Shown here: piece by piece, positions 48,496-56,938 of the stretch | How positions within the stretch are numbered: the first letter of the stretch is position 1 | Layout of the letters: the number at the start of each line of letters is the position of its first letter | Source of the DNA: Candidatus Dormiibacterota bacterium | GTDB taxonomy: Bacteria; Chloroflexota; Dormibacteria; Aeolococcales; Aeolococcaceae | Length of the DNA: 64,000 nt | NCBI GenBank assembly: GCA_003153505.1 | Contig: PLZA01000067.1 | Location: 5,229 to 69,228, forward strand | Direction of reading: 5' to 3' | Translations under genes and position numbers: made by a program | The notes under the pieces: model-generated | What the model saw: only the letters and a program-made list of their open reading frames with translations | Told to the model about the DNA's origin: nothing | The model's database searches: none

Positions 48496-49245
48496 TTATC
48501 GGCTCTCTCCTGCGAGCTTCGAGCGTTCCTCGAGTGCCCTTTTGGCGGCGTCGAGAGCTGCTTCCGCGGGTAGCCAATCCGCCATCGGCCGCGCCTCGCC
48601 ATCTGCGGAGAACCCGACCTCCGAGCTGAGGGTCCGTACCAGCCACTCAGCACGCCTAAGCTTCGTGCGGTCCCGAGTGATGTCGACCCGCCGGGTTGAA
48701 GTCCGGTCGCTGATGTCCTTGAGCAGTTCAACCAACTGGGTGGCGAGATTGGGGAGGATGCGATACGGGTCATCGCGTGGCATGCGAACCAACCAGTACG
48801 ACACCGCTGGCTTATAAGCGGAGCCGCCTAGCAAAACGCTGTGGAACGCAGTCATCAATTTCACACCGGTGGACCAGATGTGCTGCTCCAGGTCCTGCGC
48901 GCGCAGCTGCCAGGCCGCGCTGGCTTTCTGCCAGGCCGCACGGGCTTTACGTGCCTCTGTGAGTTCAGCCCGAACCGCCTCAACCTGCTGATTCATTTCG
49001 ACTCGAACCGCCTCCGCCTTCTGATCCATTTCGACTCGGTGGGCGTGAGCCGTTTCTTGCCGAGCCGCCTCGACCGCCCTAGCGGCCGCAGCGACGCCGT
49101 CAGAGATGAGAGCGCGGAGATAGTCGGAGTGGCTGAGACCGGCTGCATCAGCCTGTTCAAACATCCGCTGAGCCTGCTCGGACGGCAGGCGACAGCTGAC
49201 CGGGGTCGACGTCGGTCTGGAGACATGACCCTCACCCTGTCGCAT
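48496..49245 (-). CDS. Ribbon-helix-helix N-terminus plus coiled-coil protein
   Basis: 'TPVSCRLPSEQAQRMFEQADAAGLSHSDYLRALI' (CopG/MobC-like) then 11-aa repeats 'RVEMDQKAEAV/RVEMNQQVEAV'. Confidence 0.65.
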   Translation of the reverse strand: MRQGEGHVSRPTSTPVSCRLPSEQAQRMFEQADAAGLSHSDYLRALISDGVAAAARAVEAARQETAHAHRVEMDQKAEAVRVEMNQQVEAVRAELTEARKARAAWQKASAAWQLRAQDLEQHIWSTGVKLMTAFHSVLLGGSAYKPAVSYWLVRMPRDDPYRILPNLATQLVELLKDISDRTSTRRVDITRDRTKLRRAEWLVRTLSSEVGFSADGEARPMADWLPAEAALDAAKRALEERSKLAGESR

Positions 49246-49298
49246 CTACGGAACCACCCACCGACGCCCGGCGCCGTCGACGATCTCGTCGCGGAGGC

Positions 49299-49362
49299 CG
49301 TCTACGGCCTGTCTCCGATCCCGTCCCTCTTCGTCTACGGCCCGTCTACGGAGCCGTCTACA
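49299..49362. repeat. CGTCTACGG direct repeat cluster
   Basis: Copies at 49299, 49332, 49343 and a partial copy at 49355. Confidence 0.8.
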
Positions 49363-50047
49363 CCCTCTCGATCTCCTGCGTGCGGGTTCCGCGGGCAATG
49401 GACTGGGAATTCCCCAATGGGGCTTCGGGACAGCCGCGGGTTGCAGCGTGCCACGTATGCGTGACTCGCACCGCCGTGACGGGCTCTCGAACGCGTCGGC
49501 GCCCGCCGGGAGATTGCGTTGAACAAGGGATGCCTCGAAGCGCCGCCTCTGGGCCTTCGGAGCTGCCTCACCAGGCGCGCGGCTGGATCCGACCGGGAGA
49601 CTCCACCGAGCCGATCGGGCATGGCCACCGTGAAGAGTGCAGTGGACATCGTCGGCTGTCGTGCCAATGCGCGGCCGCAATATGGGGCCGAGGCGCTCCC
49701 CTGTCCCGGCGACCCTGAGCACCCGCCGGTCATCGGTGCCCTCGTCGCTGGAGGTGAGGGCAACATCTGGATCGATCCGCGACGGAGCCGGGCGACACCT
49801 TCGCTGGCTCCTGAAATGCGGTGAGCCTGCGGACGGCGGTGTCGGCTGGAGGGAGTTGAGAGGGGCGACCATCGATGCCACGCCCCAAGTGGCCGCCAGC
49901 ACGCGCGCGATGCACGACCGAGCACGCCCTGCGGTTGAGGCTCGCGAGTCGGGGTGCGCCGGGCAACCAACGTCCCGTCCTCGAAGACCTTCGCGGCCGT
50001 CACGCCGCCGGTCGGTGGCTGAGTCGTCGTGGTCGCGACGGCCTACC

Positions 50048-51217
50048 TCAAGCGAAGAGCCCGTTCAGCGCCTCCGCTGCGCTCCGTTGCATGGTCTCGG
50101 TCACGTGCGAATAGAGGTCCAGGGTGACCGCGACGGTTGCGTGCCCAAGCATCTCACTGGCCACCTTCGGGTGTACGCCGCGGCTCAACATGAGTGTCGC
50201 AGCCGTGTGGCGCAGATCATGGAAGCGGATGTGAGGGAGCGCTGAGCGAAGCAGCAGGGCCTTGAATTGTTCGGTCAGACGCGACGCGTGCAGGTAACCG
50301 CCGATCGCGCTACAGAACACGAGATCGCGGTCCTGCCACACATTCGCGGCGGCAACACGTTCGGCGACCCACGCACTCCGACGCCGACGCAACGCATCGA
50401 GCGCGACCGTGGTGAGTTCGACGCGCCGACGCGATCGACGGGTCTTCGGCTCGGTCGACTCTAAGTGCGACCGCGGCACCCCCGGCTCTCTGGCGAGCCG
50501 CCGCGGCGTGTAGACGCGCACCAGACTCCCGGTCACCGCCAGCGAGCCACCGTCCAGGTCGACGTCGGACCAGCGCAGGGCGAGCAGCTCGCCCTGACGG
50601 AGTCCTGCCGTCACCGCCAGCACGTAGAGCGCCTCCAAGCGGTCACCCGCGACGGCGTCAACAAGTCGCCGGGCCTGCTCGGGCGAAAGGACGGACATGT
50701 CGCGGTGGGTCACTCGCGGCGGGTCGACAAGTCCCGCGATGTTCGTGGGAAGCACACGCCAGCGGACCGCTTGCTCGAGCGCCCGATGCAGGGTCGCGTG
50801 GCTCCGCTTGACCGTCGCTGGACTCAGGCCGCGATCCAGGAGCGCGGCGTACGCACGTTGGACATCTCCGGGGCCGAGCCGCTCCAACCAGAGCCGGCCC
50901 AAATGGGGAATCAGGTGCAGCCTGACCTGTTCCTCGTAGCGGTCCCACGTGCGCGGTTTTAAGGACGGCCGGACACCATCGAGCCAGTCCATGAGGTATG
51001 ACGCAACCGTCTGTCGCCTCGGCAGTGGGGTGAGTCCAGTGCCGCGATTGCGGGTCGCGTCGCGGAGCTTCTGGGCGGCCTCGTGACGGGTCTTCCCGTA
51101 CACCGCTTTCCGGCTCACGTTGCCCGATGCATCGGTGGTCGTGTAGCGGGCCTGCCAGCGCCCATCCGGCAGCGGCCGCGAGCCGACCGTCCCCTCGCCG
51201 GCGGTGCGTTTCCTCAT
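50048..51217 (-). CDS. Tyrosine integrase 2 (tRNA-Ser-adjacent)
   Basis: 'GEGTV...DGRWQARY', GLRQGE, PKT, 'FHDLRH', 'MLGH', 'LYSHV'. Confidence 0.96.
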   Translation of the reverse strand: MRKRTAGEGTVGSRPLPDGRWQARYTTTDASGNVSRKAVYGKTRHEAAQKLRDATRNRGTGLTPLPRRQTVASYLMDWLDGVRPSLKPRTWDRYEEQVRLHLIPHLGRLWLERLGPGDVQRAYAALLDRGLSPATVKRSHATLHRALEQAVRWRVLPTNIAGLVDPPRVTHRDMSVLSPEQARRLVDAVAGDRLEALYVLAVTAGLRQGELLALRWSDVDLDGGSLAVTGSLVRVYTPRRLAREPGVPRSHLESTEPKTRRSRRRVELTTVALDALRRRRSAWVAERVAAANVWQDRDLVFCSAIGGYLHASRLTEQFKALLLRSALPHIRFHDLRHTAATLMLSRGVHPKVASEMLGHATVAVTLDLYSHVTETMQRSAAEALNGLFA

Positions 51218-51235
51218 GCCCTCGACGATACGCCG

Positions 51236-51266
51236 ATTGGCATCGATTGGCATCAGCATTGGCATC
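51236..51266. repeat. ATTGGCATC x3, probable integrase arm-type sites
   Basis: Copies at 51236, 51246 and 51258, between int2 and the tRNA 3' end. Confidence 0.7.
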
Positions 51267-51346
51267 AGTTGCCCAAAATGGCCCGGCAAGGCCGCGGTGT
51301 TGGGCTCGCAGCCGGACGCGGAATCCCTTATGCTGTATGAGAAATC

Positions 51347-51436
51347 CGGAGCGAGAGGGATTCGAACCCTCGATACCAGTTACCCGGTATACCGCATTTC
51401 CAGTGCGGCGCCCTCGACCAACTAGGCGATCGCTCC
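51347..51436 (-). tRNA. tRNA-Ser(GGA)
   Basis: Cloverleaf GGAGCGA.../TCGCTCC-G, anticodon arm CCGCA-CTGGAAA-TGCGG, long variable arm, GGTTCGAATCC; CCA not encoded; TACAAT -10 at 51443-51448. Confidence 0.96.
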
Positions 51437-51556
51437 TCCGCGATTGTATCCGCGACCTCCGGCAGGCCCATCAGATCACCGCCGGGCCGTTTTACCCGAG
51501 CCCCCTGCCGGGTATCTAGCATCTGAGCTTCATTCGCCTCAGGGAGAACCTCCGTC

Positions 51557-51712
51557 ATGTGCGTCCTGTTCGCCTTCCTCCTCTTCACCGCCCTGCTGTT
51601 CGGGTTCGGTTTCGCGCTCCACATCCTCTGGTGGATCGCATTCATCTTCTTGATCTTCTGGTTGATCGGCCTGGCCGTCCGCCCTCGCGGTGGTCGCTGG
51701 TACTACTGGTAA
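51557..51712 (+). CDS. Small hydrophobic membrane protein (51 aa; not in the ORF track)
   Basis: GGGAG RBS; MCVLFAFLLFTALLFGFGFALHILWWIAFIFLIFWLIGLAVRPRGGRWYYW resembles the actinobacterial 'hydrophobic protein' family. Confidence 0.8.
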   Translation: MCVLFAFLLFTALLFGFGFALHILWWIAFIFLIFWLIGLAVRPRGGRWYYW

Positions 51713-51778
51713 CGGGCTGGCCACACCTCGACCCCCCGATCGAGCTGTGCGAGGCTCGCCCCTATACTCGACGCTCCC

Positions 51779-51867
<89 letters not shown>

Positions 51868-51911
51868 ACCAGACGCCTCGTGTACGGCACCGCCGGCAAT
51901 GCCGGTCGAGC

Positions 51912-52493
51912 TCAGACGGACCCGGCGACGGTTTGGGCCGCAGCCCCGACCTGTGAATCCATGTCGGCCCCGGACTTCGTGCCCGAGGTGACATTGATCA
52001 CGACCAGGTAGTTGTCCTTCACGAAGGCATACGTTGCTGAGTTCGTATCAATCTCCTTGATCGCGGCGCTCCCGAGGCCGGACACCGCCTGCGCGGTTCC
52101 CCCGCTCGACGATGCCTGCCCGCTCAGCGCCGCCGCGATCGCCGCTTGCAGGGCCGCTTGGCCGACGAAGCCGGGGAACGGCTCGACAAAGATCACACCA
52201 CCGCCGCCACCAGTGCCCGTCGTATCCGAGTAGATGCAGGTGGTTGCCGTGCACGCCCCGGAGACCGCGGCGACGCTGGCGTCGCCGCTGATGCTCTGGA
52301 CGTCCGACGCGCTCAGCAGCGTGTTCACGGCCGGTGCCGGTTTGCCGGAGTTGGTGGTCAACCCGGGGATGCTCGGCAAGGTCAGGCCGCCGGTCGAAGG
52401 CGTTGGCGTCGAACCGCTCGAGCCGCCGCACCCGGCGATCCCGGCGATGGCGCCCACGGAGAGGGCTCCCATGAGGAGTTGCTTCATCGTCAT
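51912..52493 (-). CDS. Lipoprotein of unknown function
   Basis: Lipobox IAGC, Ser/Thr/Gly linker, 'VSGLGSAA'. Confidence 0.75.
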   Translation of the reverse strand: MTMKQLLMGALSVGAIAGIAGCGGSSGSTPTPSTGGLTLPSIPGLTTNSGKPAPAVNTLLSASDVQSISGDASVAAVSGACTATTCIYSDTTGTGGGGGVIFVEPFPGFVGQAALQAAIAAALSGQASSSGGTAQAVSGLGSAAIKEIDTNSATYAFVKDNYLVVINVTSGTKSGADMDSQVGAAAQTVAGSV

Positions 52494-52682
52494 CGAGATC
52501 CTCGCTGTCGTGTGTCAGCGCTCCCTCCGCGCTGAATCGCCGCAGATGATAGCGGTCGCAAAGAGCCAGTCGATCCGCGTTACCAAGTCGGGAAAACGAC
52601 TTCACCTTGATACAGTCGAAGCAATGACGTTTGCGACCCGCGCGTGCCCCGGACGGTTGCCGTGATCCACGGAGGCGGCTTC

Positions 52683-54698
52683 ATGAGCGGGAAAAGGGAC
52701 AAGCCCTCCGGACGCGTTCCGAATCGCCAGCTCCTCCGCCAAACGACAGGCCTGTTCAAGGCGCACCGGCTCGGGGTGGCGACCATCGCCTTCCTTGTCG
52801 TGATCACCGCCGGCGCGGGCGTGGTCAACCCGGTGCTCATCAAGGTCGTCTTCGACACGGCCCTCTTCCCCACCAAGACGGTCGGCGGCAAGCCCGTCAC
52901 GCTCCCGCCCGTGGTCCCCCTCCTCGAATTGCTGGTCGGGATCATGATCGGAATCACGATCGTCACCGGGGCGATCGGCGTGCTGCAGACCTATGTGACC
53001 AACCGCGTCGGGCAGCGCGTCATGGAGGAGTTGCGCAACCGCCTGTACGAACACCTGCAGGGGATGTCGCTCCGCTTCTTCACGGGGACTCGCACCGGAG
53101 AGATCCAGTCCCGGCTGACCAACGACGTCGGCGGCATCCAGTCGGTCGTCACCGACACCGCGACCTCGCTGCTCTCGAACGTCGTGACGCTGCTCAGCAC
53201 GCTGGTCGCGATGCTGTTCCTCTCCTGGCAGCTGACCGTTCTCTCGCTCGCCATCACGCCGCTGTTCGTCTTCTACACGTACCGCGCCGGCAGGGTGCGC
53301 CGCCAGATCACCATGCAGGCGCAGGAATCCAAGGCTGAGATCAGCGCCATCACCGAGGAGACGCTCTCGGTCTCGGGCATGCTCCTCGCCAAGGTGTTCG
53401 GCCGCGGCCCGGAGGAGGTCACTCGCTTCCGCAAGGAGAACCACCGCCTCGCCAATCTCGCCATCCGCCAGGAGATGATCGGGCGCGCACTCTTCGCGGT
53501 CATCGGCGCCTTCTTCAGCAGCGCACCTGCGCTCGTGTACCTCATCGCCGGCTTCGTTATCTCGTCCAACCACGGGCATCCCTCGCCGATCACCGCGGGC
53601 ACAATCGTGGCGTTCACCACGCTGCAGAGCCGCCTCTTCTTCCCCATCGGCAGCATGCTCTCGGTGTCCATCGAGATCCAGGCGAGTCTCGCGCTCTTCG
53701 AGCGCATCTTCGACTACCTGAAGATGCCCCACGACATCGTCGACCGCCCCGATGCGCGCGTGGTGGCGGCCAACGACATCAAGGGTGACGTCCGCCTCAA
53801 GCAGGTCTTCTTCCGCTACGACCGGGGCAGCTACGGTCCGATGAGCGAGCCGATCGTTCGGCCGGCGGCCGCCCCGATCCCAAATGGTCACGCCCCCGAT
53901 GAGAGCGACCCCGTACCCAATGAGATCCGCCGGGATTGGGCGCTCGAGGACGTCAGCTTTGACGTCAAGCCCGGCCAGCTCGCCGCGATCGTCGGGCCGA
54001 GCGGCGCCGGCAAGACGACCATCTCCTACCTGATCCCACGCCTCTACGACGTCACCAAAGGCGCGGTCCTCCTCGACGGCATCGACGTCCGCGACTACAC
54101 GATCGCGTCGCTGGCCGGCGCGATCAGCATGGTCACCCAGGAGACGTACCTCTTCCATGCCTCGGTGCGCCGCAACCTCACCTACGCCAAGCCAGACGCA
54201 ACCCAGGAGGAGCTGGAAGCCGCGGCACGCGCAGCGTTCATCCACGATCGCATCGTCGCCCTCGACGAGGGCTACGACACCCTGGTCGGCGAGCGCGGCT
54301 ACCGGATGTCCGGCGGGGAGAAGCAACGTCTCGCTATCGCGCGCGTCGTCCTCAAGGCCCCTCGCGTCCTCATCCTCGATGAGGCAACCTCTGCGCTCGA
54401 CACGACGAGCGAGCGGCTGGTTCAGGCGGCGCTCGAACCGCTGCTGACCGGCCGCACGACGATCGCCATCGCCCACCGGCTCTCGACCATCCTCGCCGCC
54501 GACGTGATCTTCGTCATCGATCGCGGCCGTCTCCTCGAGCAGGGCACCCATGCGGAGCTGCTCCGACGCGGCGGGGCGTACGCCAAGGTCTACGAGCAGC
54601 AGTTCCAGGGCGGCCGCGTCGAGGCCGTCTGCGAGGACGGGATGGTGCTGGCAAGCGGCGAAGTCGTCGCCGCCACTCCGGCAGCACCGGCCGCGTAG
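52683..54698 (+). CDS. ABC exporter, fused permease/ATPase (MsbA/MdlB-like)
   Basis: TM domain; GPSGAGKT, 'MSGGEKQRLAIAR', 'ILDEATSALD'. Confidence 0.95.
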   Translation: MSGKRDKPSGRVPNRQLLRQTTGLFKAHRLGVATIAFLVVITAGAGVVNPVLIKVVFDTALFPTKTVGGKPVTLPPVVPLLELLVGIMIGITIVTGAIGVLQTYVTNRVGQRVMEELRNRLYEHLQGMSLRFFTGTRTGEIQSRLTNDVGGIQSVVTDTATSLLSNVVTLLSTLVAMLFLSWQLTVLSLAITPLFVFYTYRAGRVRRQITMQAQESKAEISAITEETLSVSGMLLAKVFGRGPEEVTRFRKENHRLANLAIRQEMIGRALFAVIGAFFSSAPALVYLIAGFVISSNHGHPSPITAGTIVAFTTLQSRLFFPIGSMLSVSIEIQASLALFERIFDYLKMPHDIVDRPDARVVAANDIKGDVRLKQVFFRYDRGSYGPMSEPIVRPAAAPIPNGHAPDESDPVPNEIRRDWALEDVSFDVKPGQLAAIVGPSGAGKTTISYLIPRLYDVTKGAVLLDGIDVRDYTIASLAGAISMVTQETYLFHASVRRNLTYAKPDATQEELEAAARAAFIHDRIVALDEGYDTLVGERGYRMSGGEKQRLAIARVVLKAPRVLILDEATSALDTTSERLVQAALEPLLTGRTTIAIAHRLSTILAADVIFVIDRGRLLEQGTHAELLRRGGAYAKVYEQQFQGGRVEAVCEDGMVLASGEVVAATPAAPAA

Positions 54699-54707
54699 AC
54701 TGCCGGC

Positions 54708-56141
54708 GTGCCGTCACGCTTGGACGCTGTCGTCGTCGGCAGCGGTCCCAACGGCCTCGCCGCGGCAGTCGAGCTGGCACGCAACGGCGCGGAAGTCCTC
54801 GTCCTCGAAGCCGCTGAGACCATCGGCGGGGGCACGCGCACCGCGGAGCTCACCCTGCCCGGTTATCACCACGATGTGTGCTCCGCGGCGCACCCGCTCG
54901 GCATGCTCTCCCCCTACCTCACCACACTCCCGCTCGAGGAGCACGGCCTCAGCTGGATCCAGCCGCCTGCGTCGGTGGCGCATCCACTCGACAGGGACCC
55001 GGCGATGATGCTCCGGAAATCGCTGGACGCCACGGCCGACTCGCTGGGACCGGACGCTCGGGCATATCGCCGGGGCATCAGTCCCCTCCTCGACCACGGA
55101 CGCGACCTCGTCGCGGAGATCCTTGGTCCTGCCCATCTCCCCCGGCACCCACTCCTGCTCGCTCGCTTCGGTGCCCGGGCGCTGATGCCGGCCACCGTGC
55201 TGAGCCGCACCTGGTTGCGCGGGGAGCGCGCGAGAGCGCTGCTGGCGGGCTGCGCGGCTCACGCGATCCTCCCGCTCTCGCGGCCAGTCACTGGCGGAGT
55301 CGGGCTCCTCTTCCTGCTCACCGGGCACCTGGAGACCTGGCCGATCGCCCGGGGAGGATCCGCAGCGATCACCGATGCGCTCGCCTCATATCTTGGCTCG
55401 CTCGGCGGCAGGATCGAGGCGGGAAGGCCGGTCCGAGCGCTGGCCGATCTCCCGCCATCGCGCATCGTGCTGTTCGACACCAGTCCCAACCAGGTCGCCG
55501 CCATCGCGGCGCCCGTGCTGCCAGCCCGGTACGTCCGGCGGCTGCGCAGTTTCCGGTACGGCCCAGGCATCTTCAAGATCGACTGGGCGCTGGATGGCCC
55601 GATCCCGTGGCGCGACCCCGCCTGCCTCGAGTCCGCAACGGTGCACGTCGGGGGCACGCTCGACGAGATCGCGTCGGCGGAGCGCGCGGTCTGGCGGGGC
55701 GAGCATGCTGAGCGGCCATTCATCATCGTGGTGCAGCCGAGCCTTTTCGACCCGTCCCGAGCACCGGAGGGCAGGCACACCGGCTGGGCGTACTGCCACG
55801 TCCCCGGCAGGTCGACACTCGACCGCACCGAGGTGATCGAGCGCCAGGTCGAGCGCTTCGCGCCGGGATTCCGCGACCGGATCCTGGCGCGGCACGTCAT
55901 GAACACCGCAGATCTCGAGGAGTACGACGCGAACTACGTCGGGGGCGCGATCACCGGGGGTGTCACCGACCTCGGCCAGCTCTTCACCCGGCCGGTGGCC
56001 CGCGTGGATCCATACTCCACGCCCAACCCCGACGTCTTCATCTGCTCCGCATCGACGCCTCCCGGCGGCGGGGTGCACGGCATGTGCGGCTACCACGCCG
56101 CTCGGAGCGCGCTGCGGCGCCTGGCCGCGGCGGCTGTGTGA
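54708..56141 (+). CDS. Phytoene desaturase-family FAD oxidoreductase
   Basis: 'VVGSGPNGLAAA', 'HDVCSAAHP', 'CSASTPPGGGVHGMCG'. Confidence 0.9.
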   Translation: MPSRLDAVVVGSGPNGLAAAVELARNGAEVLVLEAAETIGGGTRTAELTLPGYHHDVCSAAHPLGMLSPYLTTLPLEEHGLSWIQPPASVAHPLDRDPAMMLRKSLDATADSLGPDARAYRRGISPLLDHGRDLVAEILGPAHLPRHPLLLARFGARALMPATVLSRTWLRGERARALLAGCAAHAILPLSRPVTGGVGLLFLLTGHLETWPIARGGSAAITDALASYLGSLGGRIEAGRPVRALADLPPSRIVLFDTSPNQVAAIAAPVLPARYVRRLRSFRYGPGIFKIDWALDGPIPWRDPACLESATVHVGGTLDEIASAERAVWRGEHAERPFIIVVQPSLFDPSRAPEGRHTGWAYCHVPGRSTLDRTEVIERQVERFAPGFRDRILARHVMNTADLEEYDANYVGGAITGGVTDLGQLFTRPVARVDPYSTPNPDVFICSASTPPGGGVHGMCGYHAARSALRRLAAAAV

Positions 56142-56151
56142 AGATTGGGCC

Positions 56152-56484
56152 ATGATCCTGGTCGTCTTTCGTTCGCGCAACCGTCCAGACGGTGACCTCG
56201 ACGAGTACTCGCGGCGCAGCAAGCGGCTCCACGAACTCGTGCAGCAGCACCCGGGCTTCATCTCGATCGAGAGCTTCGAGACACCCGACGGTGAGGAGGT
56301 GTCGCTCGAGCTGTTCGAGAACGACGCGTCGGTGAAAGCGTGGCGCGACAACCCCGAGCACCGTGAGACCCAGCGCTGGGCTCGCGAGAAGTTCTACTCC
56401 TGGTACTCGACGCAGGTCAGCGAGGTCATCCGCGAGCACGAGGTCGACCTGATGCAACGGAGCACGGCGACCACAGCTTCCTAA
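56152..56484 (+). CDS. Antibiotic biosynthesis monooxygenase (ABM) family protein
   Basis: 'MILVVFRSR...PGFISIESF...WRDNPEH..Q...REKFYSWY'. Confidence 0.85.
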   Translation: MILVVFRSRNRPDGDLDEYSRRSKRLHELVQQHPGFISIESFETPDGEEVSLELFENDASVKAWRDNPEHRETQRWAREKFYSWYSTQVSEVIREHEVDLMQRSTATTAS

Positions 56485-56486
56485 GC

Positions 56487-56915
56487 TCAGCGCCGCGCGC
56501 GGAAGAAGCCCTGGAGCAGCGCCGCGGCTTGGTCAGCGCATACGCCGTCGACCACGTCGATCCGGTGGTTGTTGCGCGAGTTGCGGAGCACGTCGTACAC
56601 GCTGCCATCCGCGCCCTTCTTTGGATCGGCGGCTGCATAGACACATGACGTTATGCGCGCCTGCACCATCGCTCCGGCGCACATCGGGCACGGTTCCAAC
56701 GTCGCGTACACGGTCACGCCCTCGAGCCGCCAGCCAGCGATGATGCGCGCCATGCGGCGCAGGACGAGCATCTCCGCATGCGCGGTCGCGTCGCCGCGCC
56801 GCTCCATCGCATTCCCCGCAGCCGCGACGATCGCACCGTCGCGCACCGCGACCGCGCCGACCGGCACCTCCCCACGCGCGCCGGCGGCACGGGCCACCTG
56901 CAGCGCGCGCAGCAT
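56487..56915 (-). CDS. tadA: tRNA adenosine(34) deaminase
   Basis: 'GEVPVGAV', 'TAHAE', 'TLEPCPMCAGA', 'LLQGFF'. Confidence 0.93.
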   Translation of the reverse strand: MLRALQVARAAGARGEVPVGAVAVRDGAIVAAAGNAMERRGDATAHAEMLVLRRMARIIAGWRLEGVTVYATLEPCPMCAGAMVQARITSCVYAAADPKKGADGSVYDVLRNSRNNHRIDVVDGVCADQAAALLQGFFRARR

Positions 56916-56938
56916 GAAGCGCTCGTGAAGCTCGATCG

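Noticed and set aside
49380..50040. Possible rep or relaxase gene between the RHH gene and int2
   Set aside because: No HUH, primase or helicase motifs in any listed frame
54708..56141. crtI / carotenoid cluster
   Set aside because: No crtB, crtE or crtY nearby; this looks like the widespread stand-alone subfamily
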